Assembly: GCF_009914755.1 (NCBI RefSeq)
Contig: NC_060947.1
Source of the DNA: the human T2T-CHM13v2.0 reference genome, Homo sapiens
Strand: one strand, 5' to 3'
Length of the DNA stretch: 64,000 bases
Below the pieces are notes generated by a model, which made no database searches, was not told the origin of the DNA, and was given only the letters and a program-made list of their open reading frames with translations. The translations under genes and the position numbers were made by a program. Of the stretch, positions 1-12,394 are shown one piece after another. Numbering within the stretch: the first letter of the stretch is position 1; each line of letters begins with the position of its first letter.

Positions 1-526
1 AGGTGTTTTTCATTCATTGTTTGCCTTGTCTAGCTTTCATTTTTTCTTTTATTCTTGCCAAAAGTATCCCTAGTTTGTTCAGATATCTACCACCCCCCAA
101 CATGGTAGAACATGGGCAGCCCCATTGTTTCCTTAGGAGTTAGTCTTGGTGGACTAAGGCTCAAGGTAGTCTCAGTTTCCTTGCCAATCAATAATTATCA
201 GGAGTGGAAATGTGACACAATTCTGGCCAGCAAGACAGAAGGAGGTTCTGCTGAGTAGGAGGTCTTCTGGTATAGGTTCACTTATTATTAAAAGAGACAC
301 TGTTAAGAGATGGTCTCTCTCCTTCCTTTGGATGTTGGCTTCTCTGGATAGGATGCCTTGATATCTGGCAGATGCATTGCTCTCAGTCTGAGAGATGCAA
401 AGCCAACATAGAGAAGAGGACAGATAATTTCAAAGAAATAAAGCTAATCACTGGCATATCTTACTTGGAGGCTGCCCTACTTCAGGATTTCTTTCGGTTA
501 AGCCAGGTTGAAAGTCAGGGCTTTCT

Positions 527-929
527 CCAAACTCATCAAATTTTATACATTAAATATGTGTGGGTTTTTTTTTTTTTTTGTATATCAGTTATACTTTAAT
601 AAAACTTTTTTTTTTTTTTTTTTTTTTGAGACAGAGTCTCACTCTCTCGCCCAGGCCAGAGTGCAGTGGCGCTCTCGGCTCACTGCAACCTCCGCCTCCC
701 GGGTTCAAGCGATTCTTCTGCCTCAGCCTCCTGACTAGCTGGGATTACAGGCGGGCACCACCACGCCTGGCTAATTTTTGTATTTTTTAGTAGAGACAGA
801 GTTTCACCACGTTGGTCAGGCTGGTCTCAAACTCCTGACCTCGTGATCCCCCCCTCTTGGCCTCCCAAAGTGCTGGGATTACAGGTGTGAATCACCACGC
901 CTGGCCGATAAAACTTTCTTTAAAAAAAA
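527..929 (+). mobile_element. Very short L1M (L1MB-like) 3'-end insertion with poly(A) and 16-bp TSD, containing an Alu
   Basis: aaactcatcaaattttatacattaaatatgtg...tatatcagttatactttaataaa; TSD aaagtcaggg(c/t)tttct at 511-526 and 930-945. Confidence 0.7.
606..906 (-). mobile_element. AluS (Sg-like)
   Basis: Poly(T) then full antisense Alu dimer; TSD ataaaacttt at 599-608 and 908-917. Confidence 0.97.
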
Positions 930-964
930 AAAGTCAGGGTTTTCTGACACAATTGATCTCTGTA

Positions 965-1063
965 GTTAATATTATCCCTCACTTTAGAGTTGGTTAAATT
1001 GAGCACAGCTTAATCTGGAAGAGCTGGAATGTGAATCCAAATGTTTTCTACCCTAAAGCCTGT
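965..1063 (+). mobile_element. MIR fragment
   Basis: attatccctcacttta...gagctggaatgtgaatccaa core-like motif. Confidence 0.45.
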
Positions 1064-1419
1064 AATTTTGTTTTCCAATTATATGTTCTGGCTTAATAAT
1101 AATATATGATAATTTTGACGTACAAAATGATAAATTCTATACAGTTGAGTGATAGGAAAATTTATGATGTTTGTACCTACCCAGTTGTCATTTAGATATT
1201 ATAATACATTTCTCTGCTAGGCAAGTATGAGATTACAAAACACTCATGGTGTTTCATATACAAACACATCACTGAAGAGGATACCAGATTGTGTGTATTC
1301 CATGAATACATATGAATAATTCAAAAGGATTTAAAGATCAATCTGTCCTCAGACTGTGACAGAACTCCCATTAATGAGCAGTGGCTCACAGGGCTGGGTT
1401 GGCTCAATGTAGTTAACCC

Positions 1420-1505
1420 CATCCTTTTGCAACTGAGGGCTGATTGATTCGTATTCTCAAGTTGAATATCATGTGATTCTATTTCACCATTAGAATGATG
1501 TTGCC
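1420..1505 (-). pseudogene. Candidate decayed exon (weak; 3' boundary uncertain)
   Basis: Strong minus-strand acceptor cattttctttctgtatag|GGC in unique DNA; no clean donor. Confidence 0.25.
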
Positions 1506-2109
1506 CTATACAGAAAGAAAATGACATTGCAAAGATTCTCAAATTGTGTGTCTTTTGGAAGCATTATCTGATATAATGCTGAAATCATAATTGAGAATTC
1601 CATTTTTAAATATTCTGTCTTATAAACCTAAAAACATCAATAATACTCAAGATTTATGATTGCCAACAAAAAGTGGAGAATACACATAAATTTAAGTATA
1701 TGTAACTTAAATTGTTTAAGTTCCTATATCATATCTATTTGATTTGAAAATCATAACTAAACATTCTTGTTGCAATTTGTATCATATATTCTTTTCATAC
1801 ACACAAATACATATGCATATATAACTATATAAACACTTTCCTTGTTTTTTCCTAAGCCGTTCATATTTGGAAACCTAAAAGTCAAATATATGACATGTAA
1901 AAGAGCATTCCAATATTTATTCATTATTCCAATCTAGATATTTAAAAAAACAGAGATTTGCTGGATTTTAAAACTTTTTTTTAATAATGAGTTTTGTCAG
2001 ACTGTTGTGCTTTGCTTTGCTAATTTCCATTTGTATGAATTTATAATGTCTTTAAAATTTAATTTGTATCAAATTATGGTTTTTAAAATTTTAACATGGG
2101 GAAAGATTA

Positions 2110-2750
<641 letters not shown>

Positions 2751-2890
2751 TTACCATGATTGAATGATCTTTTGAAAACCATCGCTTCTTTTTGCCTCAG
2801 CTAGCAGCCAGTATGTTCAGAGACCAAGAAAGATTGGAAGTGCACAGTGCTCTACAAAAGGCAATATTTAAAACCAGCCCAGAATCTTAC

Positions 2891-3011
2891 TTCACCATCC
2901 TTTTTTAATATTTATTTTTTCCAGTTTCATATTAATGCCAAGCCAATGGTGTTTGATGTGATGCTTCAAATGATGCAGATTGTTTAATGGAAAGTTATCT
3001 ATTGAAAGAAC
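2891..3011 (-). pseudogene. Candidate decayed exon (VLSIDNFPLNNLHHLKHHIKHHWLGINMKLEKINIKKGW*)
   Basis: Acceptor ctcgccttttctacccttttag|G and donor GAA|gtaaga; 39 open codons in phase 0. Confidence 0.5.
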
Positions 3012-3859
3012 CTAAAAGGGTAGAAAAGGCGAGAGTTTGGTTTTTGAGACTGTTATTCCCATGTCATACTTAAAGAATGAAGGCACATGAGCACAGAGTA
3101 CTTCTAGGAATAGAATCAAAGGTACAGATAAATTTAACAATTTTTTTTCTATGAAACTGCCAGGAACATTTTTCTTTCATTCATAGGACTTTACTGAGAG
3201 CTTTAAGGGTCAGATGATAAGTTTATTAATTAGATAGCATTCTAGGACAATGACTCCAATTCTGGTTTCCTGTTAATGTCCACAGATGTATATAAGCATA
3301 ATGAACTACCTTCATTTAGCTGAGAACACATTACAGTCTCCCTTGGGTGCCTTTTCTGTGAGGTCCCATAGCACCTTGTTCTTCCCACTGAGAAAGTTTC
3401 CTCAGCTACACTGTATGTACTATTCCATTATCTTGCTCAGTACCCTGCTGCAACATTTCCGGCATGGAGAAGACATCCAATTAATTGACAATGGAATGAA
3501 CATATCTCCAGTCATCCTATAGTCTGTCATGAACTTTATCAAAAGCAAATTAATGAGTAGGCCAGAGGCTTCTGAAATTGAATAAATATAAAAGTGTTAT
3601 TACACAAAGGAGGAAATGTTGGAAATCACTTCAAGAAGACTAGCCCTTCAGAGTAAAGAATTCATTTTATTCTCTTTAATTTCTTAGAAATTATTCATTC
3701 ATTACTTTAAGTAACTTATAGCCCAGCAGGGATGAGAGATATTGAAGAAGCATTTGCAATACAGTGTGATGGATGTAATGACAGGGGACTTCGTTTGGGT
3801 TGACTGTAGAAGTATGACACAGGGGGACTTTACCTAGACCAGGAGGTCAGGACAGCTTC

Positions 3860-4600
3860 TGTCTTAGTTGGTTTGGGCTGCTATAATAAACAAGTTCAAC
3901 CATGTGGAAGTCGGTGTGGCGATTCCTCAGGAATCTAGAACTAGAAATACCATTTGACCTAGCCATCCCATTACTGGGTATATACCCAAAGGATTATAAA
4001 TCATGCTGCTATAAAGACACATGCACACGTATGTTTATTGCAGCACTATTCACAATAGCAAAGACTTGGAACCAAGCCAAATGTCCAACAATGATAGACC
4101 GGATTAAGAAAATGTGGCACATGTACACCATGGAATACTATGCAGCCATAATAAATGATGAGTTCATGTCCTTTGTAGGGACACGGATGAAGCTGGAAAC
4201 CATCATTCTCAGCAAACTATCACAAGGACAAAAAACCAAACACCGCATGTTCTCACTCATAGGTGGGAATTGAACAATGAGAACACATGGACACAGGAAG
4301 GGGAACATCACACACCGGGGCCTGTTGTGGGGTGGGGGGAGCGGGGAGGGATAGCATTAGGAGATATACCTAATGCTAAATGACGAGTTAATGGGTGCAG
4401 CACACCAACATGGCACATGTATACATATTTAACAAACCTGCACGTTGTGCACATGTACCCTAAAACTTAAAGTATAATAATAATAAAATAAAAAAAAAGA
4501 AAGGAACCTACACTGGCTAGTTTATAAACAACAGACATTTATTTCTCATAGTCCTGGAAGCTGGGATGTCCAAGATCTAGGTACGAGCAGATTCAGGTCA
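3860..4600 (-). mobile_element. MLT1A/MST-type LTR fragment split by an L1PA insertion
   Basis: tgtcttagttggtttgggctgctataa resumes at ~4507 as cactggctagtttataaacaacagacatttatttctcatag. Confidence 0.8.
3893..4500 (+). mobile_element. L1PA3/4-like 3' end (ORF2 C-terminus, 3'UTR, poly(A))
   Basis: ORF 3902-4273 is the L1 ORF2p C-terminus (…KTKHRMFSLIGGN); diagnostic 3'UTR. Confidence 0.97.
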
Positions 4601-5169
4601 TTTTACATGCATGCATGCAAGTGCACGGGTTTCTCATTTTTTCACCGAGTGGCATGAATGCATATTTCACATTTTTCAGACTCATTCTTCTGAGAATAGA
4701 TTTTCAAATGTTGGAAACTTTTTACATCACATTTAAGCTCCTTTCAATACAAAATTGAGATCCAGTGTTATAGAAAAGAAGACAACTAAAATCTTTTGAA
4801 TTGCTCAGGAAACTCATTGAAAATGACATATCAAATTATTCTTTAGGCAGAAAAGACCTGGAGGTTTTAAATCTACCACCACACCTTGAGGAGCAGTTTA
4901 GGAGGAGCCACTATTTTGGAGCACTGTTCTTTTTGAACTAAAAGCGGCTTATGGATACTGTTCAAAGACACCTTATCTTATAGAAAACTGAAGTCAATAA
5001 TCCAGAACACATTGTCTAAATGGTTGAGTAAGCCAGGGAATACAGAAACTGATGTCAAGAAACATGGATAAATGCATTGGAAAATGTAGCACATTTAAGA
5101 ACTTAATATACATAGGGTATTATTACTACTATTATTTCAGTTTCTTAAATAAACTATTGTCCACCTCAG

Positions 5170-5480
5170 GGCGAACATTTTATCTGGCTAGCTCCTACTT
5201 TTCATTGATATGTCAGCTTAAATACTTCTTACTCTAGAGAAACGTCTCTGACTCCCAGCTAAGTTAGCCAATGCTCCTTATACATGTTATTTTTCCTGGG
5301 ATTTATCATAATTTTAATTTATTTTTGTTAATATGATTAATACTTTTTTACTAAATTGTAAAGTTTAGTAGTGTAGAAATTATGAATGCCTGGTTTACTG
5401 TTATATGCTCAACATCTAGTACAGTGCTTGGCATGAGTAAGCACTCAATAAATCTTCAAAGAATGAATAGATGTATGAAT
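5170..5480 (+). mobile_element. L2 3' end
   Basis: tagtacagtgcttggcatgagtaagcactcaataaat...gaatgaat. Confidence 0.7.
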
Positions 5481-5619
5481 ATATAAAGGAACCAGTGATT
5501 TCATGAACAAGCAAGAAGGTGGTTTCCTAGCAAATTTCTGGGATCGGCAGTGTTATGGCCTGCCCATCTCCTTTATGTCCTTGCTACCTGAGAGATCCTG
5601 CTACATTTAACGATCCATG

Positions 5620-5790
5620 AATGGGGGTTCAGGGTTTCTTTTGAAAGTGAAGAAAAATTTCTGGAAATAGATAATAGTAAGTTGTACATGAGTGGTAATG
5701 TACAACTCTGTAAATATACTGAAAACCACTGACTTGTGCACTTTGGTGAATTTTATGCTATGTGAACTATATTTCATCATTATTTTTTTA
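5620..5790 (+). mobile_element. L1MB-type 3' end
   Basis: cagggtttcttttgaaagtgaagaaaaatttctggaaatagat...aaaaccactgacttgtgcacttt. Confidence 0.75.
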
Positions 5791-5951
5791 AATCCATTAA
5801 CTCATCATTGTGAGTGTCCATTCACTTTAGTAGTGTAGGTGTTGTCTGACTTGACATGCTTCCATAGTCACCCAGAAGACAGTTACATGGTTTCAACAAT
5901 TACATTAAAAGGTAACATGGTGTCTATTTTACTAAAAATTGGAGAATTTAC

Positions 5952-6080
5952 TTTTAGTCGTATGATACCATGACTCTAGGGTTTACACCACTCAGCACAG
6001 GCCTTGCAAAATCTCTGCAATTGTGTGATATTTCTCAGAACCCCAATGCATCCATCTGTAAGCTCCCACAGTATGAAGGG
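5952..6080 (-). pseudogene. Candidate decayed exon (PFILWELTDGCIGVLRNITQLQRFCKACAEWCKP*SHGIIRLK)
   Basis: 129 nt, phase 0-0; donor AAA|gtaaat; polypyrimidine tract ends in tg rather than ag; VLRN…L..F resembles the start of an RGS domain. Confidence 0.35.
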
Positions 6081-6664
6081 CATATGAAGAAAAGGATGTC
6101 ATAAACGATTCTAGTGTCAATTTACTGCCTGCTTCACTTCCACTCTCTCCCCTCTTATACTGGACACTGATTCTGCAAAGAAGAAAATCATTGGCGAACT
6201 GAAATTTCTGGTCCAGATCCTTATTTCCTGCCCTCAGGAGGATTTGCTACTATGACTTTTTCTTCTGCCTAACCTTCTTTCTCACTGCCATTCAGCCTGA
6301 TTGCCGAAAGGCTTTCAAGGTAAAAACCATTTGAAACAGACAAGCTCACCCAGAGGCTTTGCTTGGCTATTGGGAGGAACAGTCTTGATTTTACTCCTAC
6401 TCTTTGCTCAAGTACCTCAGTATGAGCCAGCAGCCTCAAAGCCACATATTAGGACCTGGGGAGAAAAGCACAGAACACAGAGCAGCTGTTATAAAGAATG
6501 TCCCAGTGGTCTTTTGGAAAGCAAGAGGTATTTTAGCCCCAATAAACAACTAAACCTGAAGATCATAGCAGAAAACTTCACCAGACTGTAAACCTCTATG
6601 GAGTAGGGAATTGTCTTAATTTATTCTAGGTGCCAATTACTAACATTTTCTCCTATATTTATAT

Positions 6665-6734
6665 ATTTATTAATTAGTGGCTCCTTTCACTCTCAAAAGT
6701 GTCCTTGTGTATATGAGGATTTATATGATCACCT
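6665..6734 (-). mobile_element. MER94 (hAT-Blackjack MITE) fragment
   Basis: ctttcactctcaaaagtgtcc...tttatatgatcacct. Confidence 0.7.
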
Positions 6735-7373
6735 TTGCTAAGAACCACGCCTGACATATGATAACACATAAGTGAGAGCTATTATTATTATTCAAAGTGA
6801 TGCCTTGTTTTCTTATTGACTGTTACCTTTCAGCCACTTCAAACTGTTAACACTGTTAAAAGAAAAAGTATAATTCAGATTATCACCAGCATTTAGATAA
6901 ATCATTTATCCTTTTTACTTTTTCAGATGCACAAGGAGACAACAAAGTCGTGGTTAAAAGACAGATAGAACCATAGCAGAATTGTCTCAAGCTTATGTGA
7001 CGTCTTAAACTATTTCCTCTCTCCCCGAATACTCTTAAGTGATTTGTAAATTATTTTCTTTCTTTGTAGCATATGGCAATCCTAATTTGTAATGCCATTT
7101 AGTAATATTGGGGAAATTTAACATTAATTTACAAGAAGTTTCTTCAAGAAATACAACACGTGTAGTTCATTATCACAGTTTTGTTTCATTGCCTTTTTAA
7201 AAAATCGTAAGTAAGCAAGAAAGAAGAATAACAGTACTGATTCTTTCTTTTCCGTTACTGATGGCTTCTAGTGGGTAGCTCTAAAAATCTCTGTAAAATG
7301 GAAGTCATACTGTGTCATACCCCGCTTTAAAACAAATGGCTGTCAATATGTTTCAGAATAAAGGCTGCACTCC

Positions 7374-7764
7374 TCCTAAGCTGGCACTCAGCAACAAGGT
7401 CATGTTCATTTTGAGACCAAGATCATGAAGCGCAACCACATGAAGCCACGTGAGTTTGAGTCCAGCTTTTCTGGAGCTGGAGATGAACTCGGACCTCAAG
7501 CCTCAGCTCAGGGAACTGAATATAACAACAACCAAGGAAATTGAAATTGTTGATAGTTGGAAAGTTATTATAATCTTTGTTCCCATTCCTAAACTGAAAT
7601 CTTTCCAGAAAATCCAAGTCTGGCTATTACATGAATTGAGAAGAAGTTCAGTGGGAAACATGTTGTCTTTGTTGCTCAGAGGAGAATTCTGTCTAAGCCA
7701 ACTCGAAAAAGCCACACAAAAAATAAGCAAAAGCTCCCAGGATCTTCTCTCTGCCAGTGGTGCA
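7374..7764 (+). pseudogene. RPS7: RPS7 processed pseudogene, 5' part (5'UTR to ~codon 125)
   Basis: ATG at 7402; [38 protein letters not shown] matches eS7; intronless and frameshifted. Confidence 0.95.
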
Positions 7765-7810
7765 GAGCAAGGAGGACCATGTTGCCAGGCTATGGATTGC
7801 AGCCTATGTC

Positions 7811-8027
7811 TTTTTGTAAAATTTCTTTTAACTGTGAATATACATTTTTTAATCATTTTTGTTTGCAACTATGGGAATTCAAAATGAACATCCTTGCTCA
7901 TGAGCTTCTTACAGACATCAGAAAAAGTTTTCACCTTGAGGTCCACATGTTCTGCTATGGTTTGTCCAAAGGAACCTTTATGCGTTGGCCATTCAGTGTC
8001 AGGAAGATTCCGTTGCCCACAATTTCG
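7811..8027 (-). pseudogene. RPS7: RPS7 processed pseudogene, 3' part with decayed poly(A), inverted
   Basis: Minus strand reads cgaaattgtgggcaac...ttggacaaa...gaattcccatag...tatattcacagt then an A-rich tail. Confidence 0.92.
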
Positions 8028-8624
8028 ATTATGTTATTTTATATAATTTTGTGTCTTTTAAAGTACTTGAGAGAATAAACATTATTGTTATATTAGCCTT
8101 CTTATTTATGTTTCTGGTTCTCTTCATTTCTAGCTGTGGATTTAAGTTACTATCTCATACAATTTTCATCTTATAATGAAGATCTGTTCCCACACACTGC
8201 CTTCATGTCATTACTGTCAAATATATTACATTTTTTTACATTGTAGACTCATCAATACCATTAAATTTATAGTGTTTTATTCAACTGCTTTTTCAATCAA
8301 TTAAGCAAAGAAAAGAAATACGCAATTTTATGCCACTTATAATTGGCTCAATAATTATCTTTAGAAAAACTCTGTTTTTTGCATGTTAATTTGAATTTCC
8401 ACTTGGATCCACTTGCTTTCTTATAAAGAACGTCCTGTAATCTTATTATTTTTTGTAAGTAGTGTGTGCTAGCAACAAACTCTCATGATTTTTGTTTATC
8501 AGGGGATAGTTTTTATTTTGCCTTCATTTGTTAGAGGTGGTTATTCTGCATATAAGAGTTTCAGTTGATTCTTTCTTTCAGCACTTTGAATATGTCACCC
8601 CAATGCTTTCTGCCTTTTTCTTGT

Positions 8625-8863
8625 CAACTTGGCATGCATATTCATTTTTATAAATAATACTAATTTCCAAATAAAGACAATAACAAGGTAATAGTTCACG
8701 TGACACAATGGAACTATTCTGTGATTGTTACTTTGGGGATTTTTAGACATTAGGGTGTTTATACTTTAGGGACTTAGACATTAGAGATTTTGATCTTTCA
8801 GGATTTCAACATTCGGGATTATGATGTTTAGGATTTTGCTTTTCAAGATTATGATTGGCTACC
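8625..8863. mobile_element. Ricksha (MULE-MuDR) terminal fragment
   Basis: Subterminal repeats gggatttt…/ttcgggattatg…, ending gattatgattggctacc. Confidence 0.7.
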
Positions 8864-9270
8864 ACTAAATCCATTATCTAAAATATCCACAATTCTAAAA
8901 AAATTACAATACAACAGGAAAATGTGAGCCATAACCAGAAAAAAATGCAAACAATAAAAGCTGCCTCTGATTGGACACAGATTTCAGACAACATATTTCC
9001 CACTGAACTTTTTTTTCTCCAGTTCATGTAATAGCCAGACTTGGATTTTCTGGAAATAAATTTATCATAAATTTATTGGAGGAGCTAGTATAAGAAAGTA
9101 TCAGTGAATTCAAAGAATATCAATACAGATTGTTCATTCTAAAGAGCAGCAAAATGAATGAACAGAAGTAAAAAGCACATCCGATAAATGTGGGACGTCA
9201 TTAACTTATCAATGTACATGTAATGGAGTACCAGAAGAGGACAGGGACAAAAGAGCAGAAGTAATAATGG

Positions 9271-9333
9271 GTGTTATTATCTTTTGAAATTTCAATGCTT
9301 GGGATTGTGTGTTTTAGGATTATGATCAGCTCC
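9271..9333. mobile_element. Second Ricksha terminus, same orientation as the first
   Basis: gggattgtgtgttttaggattatgatcagctcc. Confidence 0.6.
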
Positions 9334-9337
9334 TTAT

Positions 9338-9515
9338 CAGCATCTTCCCATCTCTCCTCTTTCCTAACCACTCAAATTCTCTGGTAACTATCATTCTACT
9401 CTCTACTTCTCTACTTTATTAGATTTCACATGTGAGTAAGATCATGTGGTATTTGTCTTTCTGTGCCTGACTCAATTCACTTAACATAATGTCCTCCAGG
9501 TTCATCTGTATTATC
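9338..9515 (-). mobile_element. L1MA 3'UTR fragment
   Basis: ctctggtaactatcattctactctctacttct...cacttaacataatgtcctccaggttcatc. Confidence 0.8.
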
Positions 9516-9728
9516 ATTTGTTTTTTAAGTAACTTTCCTGAACTTAATCTGTGGTATTTTTCTTCCCTGCTCTGTGTGGTCACTGATGTTTATATTCAGT
9601 TTTTATTTTATGTCATTTTAGTGTAGTTTAGTTTGAATATGTTTGGATTAGTTTAGCATATTTGCCTGATTACCTATCGGTAACCTTTATTTCTACATGG
9701 CTTAGTGGTTTGGCAACAGTTGGTCAGA

Positions 9729-9734
<6 letters not shown>

Positions 9735-9767
<33 letters not shown>
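9735..9767. repeat. (TA)n microsatellite in an L1 tail
   Basis: About 16 TA units. Confidence 0.95.
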
Positions 9768-9771
<4 letters not shown>

Positions 9772-10187
9772 TATACTTTAAGTTTTAGGGTACATATGCA
9801 CAACATGCAGGTTTGTTACATATGTATACATGTGCCATGTTGGTGTGCTGCACCCATTAACTCGTCATTTACATTAGGTATATCTCCTAATGCTATCCCT
9901 CTCCCCTCCCCCAACCCCACAACAGGCCCCGGTGTGTGATGTTCCCCTTCCTGTGTCCAAGTGTTCTCACTGTTCAATTCCCACCTATGAGTGAGAACAT
10001 GCGGTGTTTGGTTTTTTGTCCTTGCGATAGTTTGCTGAGAATGATAGTTTCCAGCTTCATCCATGTCCCTACAAAGGACATGAACCCATCATTTTTTATG
10101 GCTGCATAGTATTCCATGGTGTATATGTGCCACATTTTCTTAATCCGGTCTATCATTGTTGGACATTTGGGTTGGTTCCAAGTCTTT
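9768..10187 (-). mobile_element. L1PA4/5-like 3' end
   Basis: ORF 9974-10156 is the ORF2p C-terminus; antisense 3'UTR. Confidence 0.96.
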
Positions 10188-11903
10188 TATCAAACACCTT
10201 GAGTCAGTTAGTCTTCCATCTTTTGACAGTGGATTTGTGTGTGGTTCAAGGGAGGCATTTCAAAGTTCCCAAACTTCTCACATTATTTTCTTCTTTTACT
10301 TTCCTCTGGGTCCTCTTAGTTTTCTCTTGCATATTTGCAGTGTCTCAGTCAGGTTAGTAATATGGGGAGGCTTTGTGTTCTCTCAAGTTTCTCCTATTCG
10401 TACGTCCAGGCTCTCATTCAATCATGCTTCTTTAAACAAATTGGGTTTTCTTGTGCCTCTCTTGTGTATTTGGGTGAGTTGGCCAGGCATGCGTGGAGTG
10501 CTTAGCTAACCTTTCTATGATTTGCCCATTTCCAGAATCTCCCAGTTACATTTCTGGCTGTTTTTCTAATCAGTTGTCACACCCAGCTGAGACCACAGCC
10601 TCCAGTTAGCAAAGCTGCAGATCTTCCCTGTTTACCAATGGGTATGAGTTTCCCACCCTTTGCTGTCAATCAAGTCAGCCCAGATTAGCAATAAAGTTTC
10701 TGTTTCTTACAGCCAACACTGTCCTGGTGTCTCTACTGTTCTGATTAAACTCATGAGGGATAGATATAGCCTCAGGCCACAACACTATAGACTCCTACAG
10801 TTTTTACTTGATTTTTAGGAGTAAACTATTTTCATTGTGTTGTTTGCCTTAGATCAATTTCCACAACCCTTAAATGGTTATTATCAAATACTTGTCCAAT
10901 TTTGTACTATTTTAGGGAATAGAGTTTTTCACCTTGTTCATTCCTTCAAAGCCGTGAGCACCATCCCTCCATGAGTTTATGAATACATAATTGAGGTCAT
11001 ATTCTTAATAAGATTTTATATCCACATATGTTCAATAAACTTAGAATTATTCATGTCATTGTAAATGCATTGAAACACGGTTTTTAAAAGTCACATGGAA
11101 ATCCTTTGTACTAAGTCATCATAATTTAACCATCTACTATTGGCAATTTAGGTTAAATTTTTTGCCTCTATGAACTGTGATGGATATTTTTGCATATAAA
11201 TTCTTTCCTAAGCCATTCCTGTCACTAGAAGTATTGTGTCAAAAATATAATTTTTAAAGGTTAAAAATACATATTGCGACAGTCTTTAAAAAAAAAAAAG
11301 ACCACAAGGATTAACTCCTCTAGCACCGTAGTGCTGTTTATTATACCCTTACCATTATTGAGAATTAACATTAAAAATATATGCACTTTGATAATAAGAT
11401 AATATAAAAGCTCTGGCAAATTTTGAGTTGCTTTTCTAAGTGTCTTTATTCAGCTCAACTCTGTAATTCTTTATTTAGGATTAATAGATATAGATATTTT
11501 CCCCTTTTTTGGCTGTTTCATTCATTATCTTTTCTTGCAGTAGAGCAGCATATCATTTCCCATCATTGCGTGCAACATCTACCCCTTTTATCTTTCTAAT
11601 GGAGCTATTTTTAGAAACAGCATTTTCATTATCAGTTCTCCATGACTGTAAATTGATTCATCCAATTCCTATGTCTTAAATTTTAATTAGATCACAGAAA
11701 TATCTTCTGGCTTTAAGGAGTACAAACTCCAAGTTCCTTTGCAAAGTAGCTGTCTAGGTTTTACAAAATGTTTGAAGGGAAAGGATGGATAATACATTGC
11801 ATTTTAAAACATTTTGCTTTTATTATACTACTTTTTGAACAGAGACTAAAATACATTTGATTTAATCTACTGTAGATATACATTGGGTGAACTCGGTGAT
11901 TAC

Positions 11904-11996
11904 CTTTTTTGAGACTATCTGAACGTTTTCTTTTAAAGCTTTTTTCCAAAAGATATTTATCTTTGCTAATTCTTTTTTAACTATGATGGATTGAAT
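11904..11996 (-). pseudogene. Candidate exon (IQSIIVKKELAKINIFWKKALKENVQIVSKK)
   Basis: Acceptor aattatctttctag|ATT, donor AAG|gtaatc; 93 nt, fully open, phase 0-0; resembles RGS helices 7-8. Confidence 0.55.
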
Positions 11997-12394
11997 CTAG
12001 AAAGATAATTAGTCTAGACTATGCCACAGCACCTTATGTAAACTTTTAGCAATAGCCATGACATTGTTCATGCAGAAATGTCTAGTAATATTTATTAAAC
12101 ATTTTGAAGACAGTTTCTTCCTAAACTAATCTTCTACCTGAGGTATCTGCTTATGTCCCAGTAGAATCATTCACCTCACAATAGCCAGAGTAATCTTTAA
12201 AATCATCAGATTATATGATTCCCCTTTGAAAAATCATTTAGTATGTGGTAAGTTTATGACAATTTCTCCCATCCCATTATGTATGTCCTTTTGTAATGGC
12301 TTTGTCACTCCTCATTTGAAGAGTTAAGGTCTGTTTCCTTACCCCTTCAATCTGAGATAACTGTGTGCCTTGCTTTGTGCTAAAGAATGTGATG

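Larger units (their letters stand above)
70..950 (+). mobile_element. Old MaLR LTR (MLT1J/K-like), interrupted near its 3' end by an L1 stub and an Alu
   Basis: Motifs gtgacacaattctggcca, cttcctttggatgttg and ttaagcca...gggctttct; last bases resume at 931-950. Confidence 0.55.
8030..10960 (-). mobile_element. Old L1M 5'UTR/ORF1 region, fragmented; 8865-9270 lies on the + strand
   Basis: Antisense ORF1 motifs (ctttcagcactttgaatatgtca) at 8030-8620; sense ORF1 motifs (atgtaatggagtaccagaag) at 8865-9270; antisense 5'UTR-like sequence at 9520-10960. Confidence 0.6.

Noticed and set aside
4680-5030. Protein-looking plus-strand frame (ELLRKLIENDISNYSLGRKDLEVLNLPPHL…) after an acceptor-like site
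   Set aside because: About six stops in ~117 codons, near random expectation; no recognised family
6927-7205. Plus-strand exon candidate (ctttttactttttcag| … |gtaagt)
   Set aside because: Isolated, with no partner exons or recognisable product
7374-8027. Twin priming as the origin of the RPS7 inversion
   Set aside because: The arms converge, the poly(A) is internal and the second TSD is inverted
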